A DNA stretch of 64,000 nt from the human T2T-CHM13v2.0 reference genome, Homo sapiens: NCBI RefSeq assembly GCF_009914755.1, contig NC_060934.1. One strand, written 5' to 3'. Below the pieces are notes generated by a model. That model had not been told where the DNA came from. It ran no database searches and saw nothing but the letters and a program-made list of their open reading frames with translations. Made by a program: the position numbers and the translations under genes. Position 1 is the stretch's first letter. Every line of letters starts with the position of its first letter. This document shows, one piece after another, positions 38,746 through 56,689 of the stretch.

Positions 38746-39224
38746 TTTGAAAGTAAATATAATTTAGTCATAGTCAAGTATGTCAATCAAGACTTTTATT
38801 AAAGTTTATCCTACATAAAGCGCTGAGCTACAAATAACACTGGTTAATATCAACAAGAACTAGCCCATAAGGAAAATAACCAAAGAATTTGACTAATTTC
38901 TGTCTCAAGACAAAACAACAACATATACACAGACAAATGCACCGGCTTGGAAACACTCTGGAACATAAAGCTGTGTAATTAGAGTTTCTGAAATTAAGTG
39001 TTCCCGGGGAACTACATACACCTGGCACTTTGGAGAGTGCTGCTGAGTTGGCCTGGGCACAAGGAGTGAAAATCATTCCTGGAAAGCGGATCAGAAATTT
39101 TCAATAAAAATGAGGCTCCAGACAGTAGGTTCCCACAGTCCTGTCTTTCCTATTGTGCGACCCTTTGAAGCCAGGAGTTCAGGGCAAAGTCACAGACTCA
39201 GGTCGGGCAAGAAGGGGTCTAGAG

Positions 39225-39630
39225 CAGCAGTCCCTAACCTTTTAGGCACCAGGCTCTGCTTTTGTGGAAGACAATTTTTCCACAGACGGAGTGCGGGCGG
39301 CATTGGTGGGGGCAGGTGGCTTCCAGGTGAAGTATTCCACCTCAGATCCTCAGGCATTAGATTCTTCTGAAGAGCGCACATCCTAGACCCCTTGCATGCA
39401 GAGTTCACAATGGAGTTTGCGCTCTGTGAGAATCTATGAGAATCTAATGCTGCTGCTGATGTGACAGGAGGCGGAGCTCAGGCAGTAGGTAATGCTCACA
39501 CAGTGGCTGCTCACTCCCTGCTGTGCAGCCCGGTTCCTCCTAACAGGCCACAGGTCAGTACTGGTCCTCCCCAGTTCCTAACAGGCCACAGGTCAGTACT
39601 GGTCCTCAGCCTGAGGGTCAGGGACCCCTG
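39225..39630 (+). mobile_element. MER1B (hAT-Charlie MITE)
   Basis: CAGCAGTCCCTAACC...GGGACCCCTG termini; perfect 8-bp TSD GTCTAGAG at 39217-39224 and 39631-39638. Confidence 0.9.
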
Positions 39631-40094
39631 GTCTAGAGGACAAAAGTGTTCACCACATATTACATCAGCTAAGAAAGGCACTTTGATTAACAATAAATCC
39701 TTTAAGGGCTATTTTTATAACAAAAAGGATTAAGTCTATTAGTCATTCAGAGCATACTATAGTGACTTTAATCTGCTTGCCAAGTTAATGCAACAGGAAT
39801 TACAGTGGGTCTGAGAGAGGTGAAGGAGGATGGAAGAAGGAAAAAATAAAACAATGATAACTTGGGAGAGAGAGGCGCATATCAAGAGAAATGTAGAGAA
39901 GGTTGGACTGCCCCAGTGCAGGGCTTCAAACAGCTGTAAAACCCCTGGGGGAAAGAAAGGCCAAAGCTATAAGAGGAACGCAGCAAGGAGGCAGGAAGGC
40001 TGTACTGACTCATTCCCCAATTAACTAAATGGAGAGCAAAGCCCAGGGTTTTGCCCTTGAAGCTAATATGGTCCAACATTATTTCCTGAAATGA

Positions 40095-40398
40095 GCTTTT
40101 CTTTTTCTTTCTTTTGTCAGACAGGATCTCGCTCTCTGGCCCAGGCAGGAGGGCAGTGGTGCAATCTCGGCTCACTGCAACTTCCGCCTCTCAGGCTCAA
40201 GTGATCTTCCCACCTCAGCGTCCCAAGAGCTATGACCAGACGACTACACCACCATGTGTGGCTAGTTTTTTAATTTTTTGTAGAGATGGGGTTTTGCCAC
40301 GTTGCCCAGGCTTGTCCTGAACTCCTGGACTTGCGTAATCTGCCCGCCTCAGCCTCCCAAAGTGCTGCAATTACAGGTCTGAGCCACCGTGCCCAGCC
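40095..40398 (-). mobile_element. AluJ
   Basis: TSD TGAAAT(G/A)AGCTTTT. Confidence 0.9.
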
Positions 40399-40474
40399 TG
40401 AAATAAGCTTTTCTAATAAACATTCTTTTCCAAACATAATTTATTCCAATGTCCCTCCTTCCCTTTTAACACCT

Positions 40475-41770
40475 TGAGATGTAATTTACATATTAAATAA
40501 TTCACCCATTTAAAGTGTGCAATTCAATGGTTTTGGTATATTACATTATCAATGTTTTTAAATTGTGGTAAAAACATAGATAATAAAATTTACATTAGCC
40601 ATTTTTATGTGGGCAATTCAGTGGCATTAAATAACGCTCACTATGTTGTGTAATCACCCCCATTGTCTACTTCCAAATATTTTTCATTACCCCATCAGAA
40701 ACTTTATAACCATTAAGTAACAACTCCTCACATCCTCCTCCCCTGATAACCTCTAATCTATCTTCTGTCCTTTTGAATTTGTCTGTTCTAGATATTTCCT
40801 ATAAATTGAACCACAGAATATTTGCCCTTTTGTGTCTGTCTTTTTCCACTTAGCATAACATTTTCATGGTTCATCCATGTTGTATCATGTATAACTTCAA
40901 TTCTTTTTAAAGACTGTGTGGTGTTGTGATATGTAAGTACATTGGTTTTCATCTGTGGTTCCTGGTTCATAACTCCCTTAGCCCTAGTTACAGTCTTTAG
41001 TTATAATGTTGAGTGTGTTAGGTCTCAGGAAACAGAATTTCTCTCCTACTCTCCTTTCACCTGCCTCAAGGCAGGACTCTAATCTTGCCCTACCTTTCTG
41101 ACTGTGGGTCATAAGACCCTCCCCAGAGAAAGCCCCACCCTGTACGCTGGGGGAAAGACTACTGACATCATGAAGCTTCCACAAAAATCCAAGAAGACTG
41201 GGTTCCACAGGGATAGAAGCTCCTGCACTCATGGTGATTTCAGACCTTCCCTTATGTGTCTCCTCAAGTGGTTGTTTATTTGTATCCTCTAAAATATCCT
41301 TCTTAATGAACTAGTAAACATTAAGTGAGTGTTTCCCTAAGTTCTGTGAGCTGCTCTAGCAAATTAATGGAACCCAAACAGTGTACTGTAGGACTTCAAC
41401 TTGAAAGCCAGTCGGTCAGTAGTCCGGAGGCCCAGATTTGTGACTGGTGTCTGGGGGTGTGCAGGGCAGTCTTGGAGACTCAGTCCCCAAACTGTGGGAT
41501 TAGCCACTATCTCAAGTAGATGGTGTTAGAGTTGAACTGGAGGACACCTAGCTGGTGTCTGCTGCTTGGTGTGTGGGAGAAGAGAGCCACACCTTTGTTT
41601 ACAGAAGCCTTCTGTGCTGATGATTGTTGCTGTGGTGTGAGAGTAGAGGAAAAACATGGTTTGAGAGAGTTTTTCACTACACACGATGAATAATATTCCA
41701 ATGCACATATGTATCACATTTTGCTTATTCTTTCAACTTCTAACAGACATCTGGGCTACTGCCACCACTT
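40475..41770 (-). mobile_element. old L1M 3' region split by an LTR
   Basis: Antisense L1M motifs resume after the LTR (TGAATAATATTCCA). Confidence 0.7.
40917..41683. mobile_element. MER21-type solo LTR
   Basis: TG...CA termini, ~770 bp, MER21-like internal motifs (TTCCTGGTTCATAACTCC; GGTCATAAGACCCT). Confidence 0.75.
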
Positions 41771-42346
41771 GCCAGTGGCATATTTTTGACAGCCAGACAG
41801 AGCAAAGTGCATGTATCACAGATAATCTGTGTGTGATTCTTGGGGCTGGATCTAGAGGCTTCAACAAAAGTCTAAGGTGCAATAAGGGCTAAGAGCTTAG
41901 AACCACTGATCTAGTGTAACCTGAACTTAATTGATGGGGGAAAAGTTCCAGATAATTTGCTCAGGGGACAGAGCTAACTAGTAAGAAAAGCAGGAAGATA
42001 ATCAAACAACTAAGACCTCTAGATCTGGGCTTTGTGGATGACACAACAGTGTATCGGTAAGCACGGATGCTTTGTGACTTGTGGCCTAGGGATGTAGGAT
42101 GACAGCTCACCCACTTAAACTACTCGACCTTTCTTGGCTACATAAACTAACACAAACCATCCCAAAATAAAATGCTTGAAATCCAACACTGCAGATTTAA
42201 AAACCTGGCTAGAAGTTCTAATATATCTTACATATGGTGGTTTAATTTGTATGAACACTTTTTTCTTCTACTACTGAGAAAATAAACATGGGATTTAACA
42301 TATGATAACCAATATGTACTGGTTTAGTGATCAATTAAAATTTCTT

Positions 42347-42638
42347 GGCTGGGTGCAATGGCTCACATCTAAAATCCCAGCGCTTTGGGAGGCTGAGGCA
42401 GGAGGACTGCTCAAGTTGAGGAGTTCTGAGACCAGCCTGGGCAACACAGCAAGACCCCATCTCTATAACAAATTTTAAAAGTTGCTGGGCGTGGTGGTGT
42501 GTGCCTGTAGTCCCAGCTACTTCGTAGGCTGAGACAGGAGGACCACTTGAGCCTGGGAGCCATGATCAAGCCACTGCACTCTAGTCTGGGCACCAGAGCA
42601 AGACCACATCTCCAAAAAAAAAAAAAAAAAAAAAAAAA
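42347..42638 (+). mobile_element. AluJ
   Basis: Alu consensus. Confidence 0.9.
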
Positions 42639-42963
42639 CACCTCACGTGGGGTTGTCTCTCAGCCTTTCAAGAACTTAACAGACCAAAAGAGTGACTCAT
42701 CCAAATGTCTAGAATTACTATATTTTCCTCATATTTTTCCTCTCATTTTAAAGGAAGAAAAAAACCTCAACACAGAGCTTCTGCACTTATCCTATTCTCT
42801 AAACTAACCACTAAGCATGAAATCCAGTATAAACTGATTATTCTGCCAAGAATGTGCATATATATTAATTTCAAGGACAAGTAAACCAAGCAGTCAGGAT
42901 TTATCAAAAAGCATCAATTATGATGAAAACTGGAAGGGTATTGTAAAGAGCAATGACTTATCA

Positions 42964-43248
<285 letters not shown>

Positions 43249-43319
43249 TCAATTACATCATATTAGAAGAAATTAGAACAAGCAGTTTAAGAAATTAACA
43301 GTCTGATTATTTGTTTTTA

Positions 43320-43472
<153 letters not shown>

Positions 43473-43870
43473 TTATCTATGGAAATATACCCAAAATATG
43501 CCAAAATATGGCTCCTTATTCTATTGGTCTAATCAAAGTGTAAAGAACTATAAAAAGGTACATGCATGAATCTTAACAATGATTTTTTTTATATCACAGC
43601 TGAGTTAATATTCATGATAGTTAATGTATACATTAGATGTCATTTCAAGAAATAAAAAGAAAACTGATTGTAAAGTTCAAGATACTATGTCAGTAATAAG
43701 ATAACACTTCTTTAATTTTAACAAAGTAGATACGAGCCCATCAATTCAAAACTTTAATACTGGCGGTTAAGAATGCTTGATTTTCACTCACTACAAACTA
43801 CAAAGTCTTAATCATATTAAGACATGTAGGTGAAATGTTAGCTTTTCTAATAAAAGGAATATGAAATAGA

Positions 43871-44310
43871 ACCAGGCACCGTGGCTCGTGCCTGTAATCC
43901 CAACACTTTGGGAGGCCAAGGTGGGAGGATCCCTGAGTGCTGAATTTGTGAGCTGCCTGGGCAATAGAGCGAGACCTCATTCAAAAAAAAAATTAGCCAT
44001 GCATGGTGGCACACACCTGTGGTCCCAGCTACTCTGGAGGCTGAGGTGGGATGATCCCTTGAGTCCTGAGTTTGAGACTAGCCTGGGCAACATAGCAAGA
44101 CCCCATACAAAAAAAAAAAAAAAACAACTTAGCTGTGCATGGTGGCACATGCTTGTGGTCCCAGCTACTCTGGAGGCTGAGGTGGGAGGATCGTTTGAGC
44201 CCAGGAGGAGTCGAGGCTACAGTGAGCCACGATTGCACCACTGCACTCCAGCCTGGGTGACAGAGCAAGACCCTGTCTCAAAAATTAAAAAATAAAAATA
44301 AAAATAAAAT
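43871..44310 (+). mobile_element. three-arm AluJ
   Basis: Left arm, hybrid arm and right arm separated by A-linkers. Confidence 0.88.
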
Positions 44311-45172
44311 AGAAAAAAAGTTTGCTTAAAGCCACAGTAAAATAATCTAGCTCTAAATTGGGATTTTGTGACTCTAGTACCAATGCTCAAATCAAACCAT
44401 TATGGTTTACCTCACTACACACTCTTCCAACCTACTTTAAAATAATTTCTTCTTTGCATTAATAATGTCACAAAGAGAGCAACAGAAAACTTATTATCAT
44501 CATTCCCTAGTAAGAGCTTGTTGCTCTATATATAGGATGTAAGAATTTTCTATCATTGAAGAAAAGCATCAAGGAAAAGCATCCAGGCAATTACCTTTAC
44601 ATACTAGAGTCCTTCCCTGCCTCTGAACCCCTCTAGTCCTCTTTGATTCTTCCTTTAATTATTTGGATATTCTGAGAACTATTTTTTGGACATGAATTAA
44701 TATGGCTACAGTAATTCTGTCAGTCATAGAGAATCTTGATATCTTGATATCACTGACTAGTTCATATAATAAGGTCACACATGTGAGCTCATTTCCTTGG
44801 CTTGGGTCACATGCATGACCTCACATAAGCCCACATTCAATCTGGTGAGATACTGATCTGAACTGTTACCTATTTTCTCATGTTCTGCTTATGGTGGAAG
44901 AACAGATACTGTGGAGGACATACTGGCAAAACTCTAAGTATACACACCCTATGACCCCAAGCAAACATCTACATATGTGTACAACAGAAACAAGAGTGGT
45001 GTTAGTGGAAAAACTGGAAGGAACCTAATATACGCCACTAGGAGAAGAGTTTAATAAAGTGAGGTAGGCCTCTCTAGTTTAAGTCTGAGTTCATCCTGGT
45101 AAAGTTTAAAAAGCTAACTGGTCACCTAAGGATGACAGCAAACCAACTCATTATCTTAAAAACTGGGTTATT

Positions 45173-46487
<1,315 letters not shown>

Positions 46488-48244
46488 GGACAGGCATAAT
46501 GAATTCAGAGTTAGATTAGCCCAGATGTGAATCCCTAGAATTATTATTAGATGGAGGCTGGAGTCAAATGATCTGAGTCAGATCACCACCATTGACTTTT
46601 GCATGTCAAGGATGTCATGCATGTAAAATGGTGACACTAATAGTATTAGCCTTCCAGTGTTGTGAGGATTAAATGGGAAGATGGATGTAAAATTTTTAGC
46701 ACAATGCTTGGTATGTAGTTCCCATGTTTAATTTCTATTATTAATATGCCTTAGTTTCCTTAACTTTAACATGCAAAACTCTAAGAGAGCTGTCATGAAG
46801 AATAAGTGAGATCTTAGTAAAGCATGTGAAACAATGCTTTAATGGAAGCCGATTATAACAACAAAAATAAGACAAGCAGACCAGATAATCTATCTTTTCC
46901 AGAACTAATATGCTTTAGTTGTATTATTTTTCTTACATTGTTTCCTTCATTTTTTATCATATTGATTTTTAGCAAACTAACAATCACACTAAAAATTTAC
47001 TAGGTTGGGACAAAATTATATTAAAAAAGATATTTCACAAAAGTACATTTAGAAAGTATAACAGTATTGTCATTATACTTTTAAATACTTGAATTCCAAG
47101 TCAAAAGAAAAGTTAGTATATTTTAGCAGGAGAAATTATATTAGAACTTAGAAGTTTTGTTGGGAGTGTTCTTTTAGTTCACAGTTTTGTAAAGAAAAGA
47201 GGAAGAAAAACAACGGGTTACACCCTACTGCTTCAGTATTGCCTTTCCTCTCCAGCTCTCTATCTCTAAAAACAATGGAATCACTCAAACGGTCAGTGAC
47301 AATTTTTAAAAATCAAGTTACTAGTTGTTACCACCTACTTTCTATTGGGTATCAAAAATTTAAAAATATTCTCTTATCTTCTTATGTGAGGCATAGGGGT
47401 GGGTGTGTGTGTTTAATCCCTTACTTCCTCCCAGGAGTCCCATACTAAATACCACGGCTTTGACAAAGTATTCCTCATATAAAAAAAACTCCTTATTTAG
47501 GTCTTCTTGATGAGCACAGATATAGGTGGAGTGGCCATTATTACACTACAATTCACTGGTCTAGATAATTCCTATAACATCAGTTCCAGTAACCTGGAAT
47601 TTACTGGATATATATTTGTGTGACTGACAGAGTGCTTCTGAGAGTCTTTGAGCCAGAGCTAATCCAAGGATGTTCTATTCTAGACTCCACAGGAAAATGT
47701 TCTTTGTACTAAATTGTATTCACACAGCACTAGGGTAAAAAGTGTTAACCACTCTGAGCCATGGGTAGAGTGGGAAACCATTTTCCCATAAATTTATCTC
47801 ACAGAATTAGGCAAGTTATTGATTATAACACTGAGGCTAAGAGGTAGCCAACTAACTAGAAGAATGTCTTCCTCAATAGGTGGTCCTCACGAGGATTTAA
47901 ACAGGTAATATGTACAAGCAACTCAGGGCACTGCCTAGAAAGTCTAAGAGTTTTCAGCTCTGAAAAGCAATAAGTCACTTCCCTCAGATACTTATTTATA
48001 TACTAAGCATATTAGGGTATAAGAAAAGACCAGAGCTCCCCCCACCAAAAAGAAAAAAAAAGAAAGAAGAAGAAGAAGAAGAAAATAAAACAACTTAAAA
48101 AATGCTGGCATTGGAAGTAAAATGAGGCTCATTACAGTAAAACCAGCCCCAAGGCTAGTCACTGGCTCTGCAATTGTACACTATTTTAAAACCATATCAA
48201 ACAACAAAATAAAATTGACTCAGTAAGATAAATGTCAGCACTCA

Positions 48245-48361
<117 letters not shown>

Positions 48362-48603
48362 TTACTTAGTATATGTTTAACATTTCCTCAAGGTTTTTTT
48401 TAACTAAAAATACTCATCAAAAGAAGTATTTATACTAATACTTCAAAATTCAAATAAAACCTGAACAAAAATTTAAAAACTCAAAGAAAACAAATTTCTA
48501 ATTTGAAATATCAGTGACCACTCTACTAGCCTTATCAACATTAAGGTTTTATTATTAGTTGAAAATCTTAAGAAATAATTGATTATTATAAAACCTTAAT
48601 TTA

Positions 48604-48978
<375 letters not shown>

Positions 48979-49596
48979 TTATGTTAAATGAAATAATGTG
49001 ATTTGGCTGTAGACTGATTTTTTTAATTATGAAAAATTTTATACCAACATAAAAAGAGCAAGTCGGTTAAAAGAGTAATAAAACATTCCTGTATTCACTA
49101 CCCAGTTTAAGAAATACAACTTCATCATTACCATTGTCCCAGATATCCTCCTCCTTTCCCCTCAGGTTATTACAATCCACAATTTTGTGAAACCCATCCA
49201 GTGGAAACATACAGCCATAGCTCAATCATTGGCACTGCTATACAGCATCCTGTTGCATAAATATGCCATGATTTATTTTTCCACTCTACTGCTGATGACT
49301 GCTGATGTGTCTGTGATTCCTATTTTCTGCTACTGGAAACAATGCTGTGATTCCTGTATGCATCATTTGGCCCACATAAGCAACAGATTCTCTGATATAC
49401 ATCTACAAGTTGAGATCCTGTACTGAACAATCAAGTGCTCATGCAGCTTTACTAAATCAAGCCAAATGATTTTCCAATTTATACTTGCATAGCAAAGCAC
49501 AAGATTTCCCATTAGTCCCCATCCTTGACAACAAGTGGTACTGCCAGGCTTTAGTCAAATTTTGCCAGTCTGCTGGACATAAAATAGTGTCTCCTT

Positions 49597-50217
<621 letters not shown>

Positions 50218-51177
50218 TTAACTCTCATTTTACTGAATGAAGCTGGGAATTCTTTAATGTTTATTGTCCATTTTGGGTTCTTCCCTGTGAAACGCCCATT
50301 CCTAATTTTGCCCGTTAGTCTGTTAAAGTTTGTCTTGTTCTTAATAAAAGCTAGAGTTTTTTATATATTGTGGAAATTAATCCCTTGAAAGTTTCACAGT
50401 CTGTCCCAGTAAATCAACTGCTCGGTTTCTTTATTGTGTTTTGGTAAAAATATATTAAAGTTTAATATACTCAAATTTACCAATCTTCTTTATCATGGGT
50501 ATTTTTTAAGAAATCCTTCTCTGCCCTAAGGTAATAGGCATATGTGTGGTCCTACTCTGCCTTCCAAGTTTTCAAGCTTTGCCTTTCACATTTAGGCCTT
50601 TAAACTTCAAATATATTTTCCCCACATAGAGTATAAATTATTCCAGTACTGAAAACCAATTTTTTGTTTGTTTGACTCTTCTCTTTTTCCACCCTAACTA
50701 CATCCAGATAGGCTGTTGCTAGCCTCCCTATTGTTTCCCTAGGGTAATTTTATTCTGATCCATTGGTAATTAAGCATCTGTCTTCCCACAAGGAACACTG
50801 TTCAAGTTTTGCCTTTCTTTCTTAATAGCATGAATGGGGGTTGGGGAGGCAATACATGAAAAACTGGTATTTTACACATGTGGTGGAAGGGCAAACTGGT
50901 AAAGGCCCTTCTGAAAGGCAATGGGGCAGAGCTGCGAAACTTCAGGATGTGCTTCGACAGAGGCTCCACTTCCTGACACCCAGTCTATAAAAAGTTCTGC
51001 TCATGTACCAAGAGATACACATAAATATAACTCCATGAGCATAAGATTTTTCTCTATTTTGTTCACTGTTGTATTCAACATATATAACACAGACGGGTTC
51101 AAAAATACTTAATGAATGAATAAATGAATAGTGGTGTTCACTGCAGTGTTGTTTGTAATAACAAAAAATTAAAAATT

Positions 51178-51482
<305 letters not shown>

Positions 51483-52975
51483 TAAAGGGATAGTTTAAAA
51501 AATTATTCTGTATCTCTACAGAATATTAAGCTTTCACAAAAAACAAACTTATGTAAAAAGACAGACAGTAACAAATAACAAAAAAAAAGGCAAGAAATAT
51601 AGGCTGTAGAACTTTATGTGTGCCGTTTTATCGCAGTTTGAAAAATAAAATCAAAACTGCTGTGTGTGTGTGTGTTTATGTAAATATTTATAAATACACA
51701 GGTAAAGTTCAGAAAAGATGCGAACTAAATTGTTTACAGTGATTTTCTGGGAAGAGAAGTGTGCTTGACAGTGCTGGTGATAAGGGAATGATTTATTCAC
51801 TTACAATGCTACTAACTAAAAGCAACTACTGTTAATATTTTGGTATTTCTCATTGATCTTTTTCTCTATATCATCTTTTCCCTATAATTGTATTTGTATT
51901 CAACATATACCTATAATTTTGTGTCCAAATTTTTTCATAAACAATGTCCCCTTTGTTAAAGTTTCTATGAACAATTTTCTGCTATTAATTTATCCATTTG
52001 CCTACTTTTATAACAAAATCATATCATATATAATACATTCTTCTTCCATGCTTTTTATTGCTGAATGTTGGATGCTGAAATTTTACACTGTTCAGCCATT
52101 AGGCACCCTATTAACAATGATTGCAAAGAATACTTTTAAACATTAAACTCTTTTCTAATATTTATTATTTTCCAAGTATGGATCACTAGGCTTAGGACTT
52201 GGGATTACTTGGTCAAAAGGTATTAAGTATTTTAAACTGTACTGAAAGAAAGACACTGATCAATTTCTTTCGGAAAGGATTACACTACCTTAAATGTCTC
52301 CTAATGCTGCCTCTTAGCCTGTTTATTTCCTTCATTAACATAAATCACAAGTTAACATTAATTTCCTATTTGGCATCTGCTTCCCTTACATGAACTTACA
52401 AGCTTTTGTGTGCAGGGACCTTCTGTCTGTTCACCATTGTATCCCCAATGCCTGGCTACTCAATAAAGATGTATTAAATGAATAAACAAGCTTGTACAAT
52501 AATACTTCTTTCACAATCAGCATAATTTTCCATATTTTAATTTGCACTGTACCTCAAGAACTTGAATGGACCAAACTGCCCATTTAATTGTTTCACTCTG
52601 AATTTAATTACTTTTAAAGTAAAGTTACAATAAATTTGTTGTATCCATAAATTTGTGTTTCCTCTCCTCTAGCCTGTCTTTTAAGTACTTGTCCCCTGCA
52701 CTTTTTAACTACAGGGCCGTCAACACTTTATAATTGTTTCTGAGTTTTTTCACAATGCAGAACCATTAACTCTATCATTCATCCATTATAAATTTAATTA
52801 TCAAAAGAGTAGTTGTCACATCTTTTTCGTTCCTGAGGATTCTTAGGAAATCACTATAGCATTTTATTTAGGATCTTTTAAATCTTGACCATTTTAAGCT
52901 AGCCAAATCAGTGTCCTTAAAAAATGATGTGCAATCAAATTACCTCAGTGTATAAAAACATACTTATGTTTGCTA

Positions 52976-53131
<156 letters not shown>

Positions 53132-54013
53132 TTAAGTTAAAGTCAGTAGGAAAGCAAATGACTTGCAACTTTAGAAGAATATTTTTAAGATTACATATAA
53201 GCCATGGAATAGCCTACTAACAAATCCAAAAGAAATGAATTATGTAGAGATTAGAAATATAATAAAAATTAAAATTATCAGCCCACCTTTCTCTGCAAGC
53301 CCTTACAATACCCTTCTAGCCCAACAGCTCTTATCCAAGTTTCAGAATTTCTATAATCTCGTTTGCTACTTCCCAGACTCTTCTTGGGAAAGTCAAGATA
53401 AAGTCCACTTTCCAAAAATTAAACAGAGAATGGTTAAAAGATAAAAGTCAAGTTAGCTTTCTAATTTATATTCTAATCACCAGGAAGAAATGCAATTTTT
53501 CATTTTTAAACAAAAAAGATCACAATCAGTAGGTAAGAAAATGGAACACAGTGTTACAGATAGTAAGTATGGGCAAGATTGACAGATACAAGATGACTTT
53601 GTCTACCAGAGGAAAATGAATTATACTAAAAATGTTTAATATATTTCAAGACTAATATATGTGATTAACTCAGAATAACTGAGATGAATACAGAAATCTA
53701 AAATAAAATAAAACATGGAGAAAGGACTCGTAATGTTCAACTGTGTAGTTTTTAGGATTCCAGATTTCACTATAATGCCTTTAAACAGTCACCACCTAAA
53801 ACTATTCATTTGAAAGGTTCTGCTAGTGTAAATAGCTACTGACAATACAAGTATTTTAGGCAACAACCCATGAAATCTATACATGAATATATACACTTTT
53901 CAAAATTCACTACACCAAAATGAAGGGTCCACTCAGCATTTACAGACAAATTAAAAACGAAGACAACCAAAACAAGACAACAATTTTGGGAAACAATTAA
54001 ACACATAATTCCT

Positions 54014-54140
54014 GGCCAGGCGTCGGGGCTCACGCCTGTAATCCCAGTGCTTTGGGAGGCTGAGGCGGGAGGATCACTTGAGGCCAGCAGTTTGAGAGCA
54101 GCCTGGGTAACAGCGAGACTGTCTCTTAAGGAAATAATAA
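54014..54140 (+). mobile_element. FLAM
   Basis: Monomeric left arm. Confidence 0.8.
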
Positions 54141-55937
54141 TAATAACTCCTAGAAAATTGACTCCAAAGTGGTATACCCACAACCATTTACACAAGCTCC
54201 ATCTCCATATTCACTAGTCAAGGCTCTAGACTCCATGGCTTACAACCTTGATGTACCATTTGATATTTTAGTGTCCTCTGACCATAAGTTACAAGATCAT
54301 ACTCTTTTTTTTCCCCTTTAAAATGCCATTTATTCCTTCCTCTCTATCCTCACTGTAACTCTCAAAATTTCATGCTGAGTTTCCAACCATGCCTTCCAGC
54401 TAAGGAAAGAGGAATAAGATTGAGAGACAAAAGTAAAAGGTAAAGAGGGGATGGCCTCTCCACCTAAGTGCCCCATCCCAGATATTCTGAGGGTAGTCAG
54501 TCCCCTTTCATCCGAGTCTCAGCACAGACACACCTTTCAGGTGTGCCCTGAACCCCAGAGGAGTTAGCCTTCACTTCCCAGCCCTAAGCAAGTAACTATT
54601 TAACGCACAACTGTTTTACTTTCTTCACAGTAATTGCTACTATATGAAATAATCCTATGCTTTTATTGGTTTCTTTTTTTGTGCATTCATCTTCTCTCTA
54701 GAATGTACAGTATACAAAGCAAGAACCTCCTCTTGTAGACAGCATCCACAGTAGTGGCAGGCAAAAGTCAAGTCCTCAAAAAATAATTACTAAATAAATA
54801 AATGGATAACATTCCAGACAGCAAGGATAGCAAAAGCTAACAGTAGAACACAAACCTGGAAAAGCAGCCTGCAGCCAGATCATAAAAGCCATGAATACCA
54901 GGAAATAAAAGTAATCACTAACATTTATTGAGATCACCTGTCAGACACAGCCCTAAGCATTTTATGTGGCTGAATACTATAAGACAGATGTATGTGGTAC
55001 TCCTATGATCATTTTATACATAAGAAAGCTGCAGCCTAGAGAGGTTAAAGAGCTTGCCAAAGGTCAATCGGCTCCTAAGTGGCAGGGCTGGCACAGAAAC
55101 TCAGGAGAGGTCTTCCACTCCCATTCAACATCGGCTGAGGGTATATCGTGTGCCAGGTCAACATGAGGCACTGGAAACACAAAGATGAAAAGCAAAAATA
55201 TGGTCTCTGCCCACACAGAGCTCACTCTGTGGTACAATATACAAACAAATATAAGATTTCGTCAGGAGCGGTGCTCCCTCAGTAGAGGGTACTTAATTGT
55301 CATATTACCATTTACATATGCCTTCCAATACGGAATCTGCTCCAAACCAGTTTTCTTTTCTGGTCACTGGCACCAAGACCATTCCAGTAACCTCGCCTAA
55401 AACATCAGAATCACTTATCTCATCCTTCCATTTTGCCTGCTTTAATCAGTCAGTCTTCCTGTCTTCCTAAAGTATGCATCACTTCCTCTCACTACTTCCT
55501 TTGACTTCCAATCTACTTGCTGACCCTCTGCCCCGATTATGTGGAACACTTTTATGACTGGGCTCTACTTCAGTTTCTGGCATCTTTAATTCATCTAAAA
55601 ATTCTGCTGTCAGGATGTTACTTTCCTATTCAGAATTCTACAGGAGCTTCCTTTACCTACATAATAAGTGTAAACTGCCTAGCATAGAAGCAGATGCTAA
55701 ATCTGCAGATCAGGCCTGCATTCACTAATCCATTCCAAAGATCTAGATGTATATTCTTGAGCCAGGTATTGATTTAGTGCAGCTTTACATGCTTTGTATC
55801 TGCAAAGACAAACCAGTATTATCTTTTCCTCACAGAATAAAATTTAAACTAACTTACATTAACTATGTCTTTCTTATTGCAGATTTTTACTCTTGGTAAA
55901 TTTAAGCTTGAAATACAATGTTTTAAAATAAAGTCAT

Positions 55938-56665
<728 letters not shown>

Positions 56666-56689
56666 AGTAATAAAATTTTTAAAAAAAGA

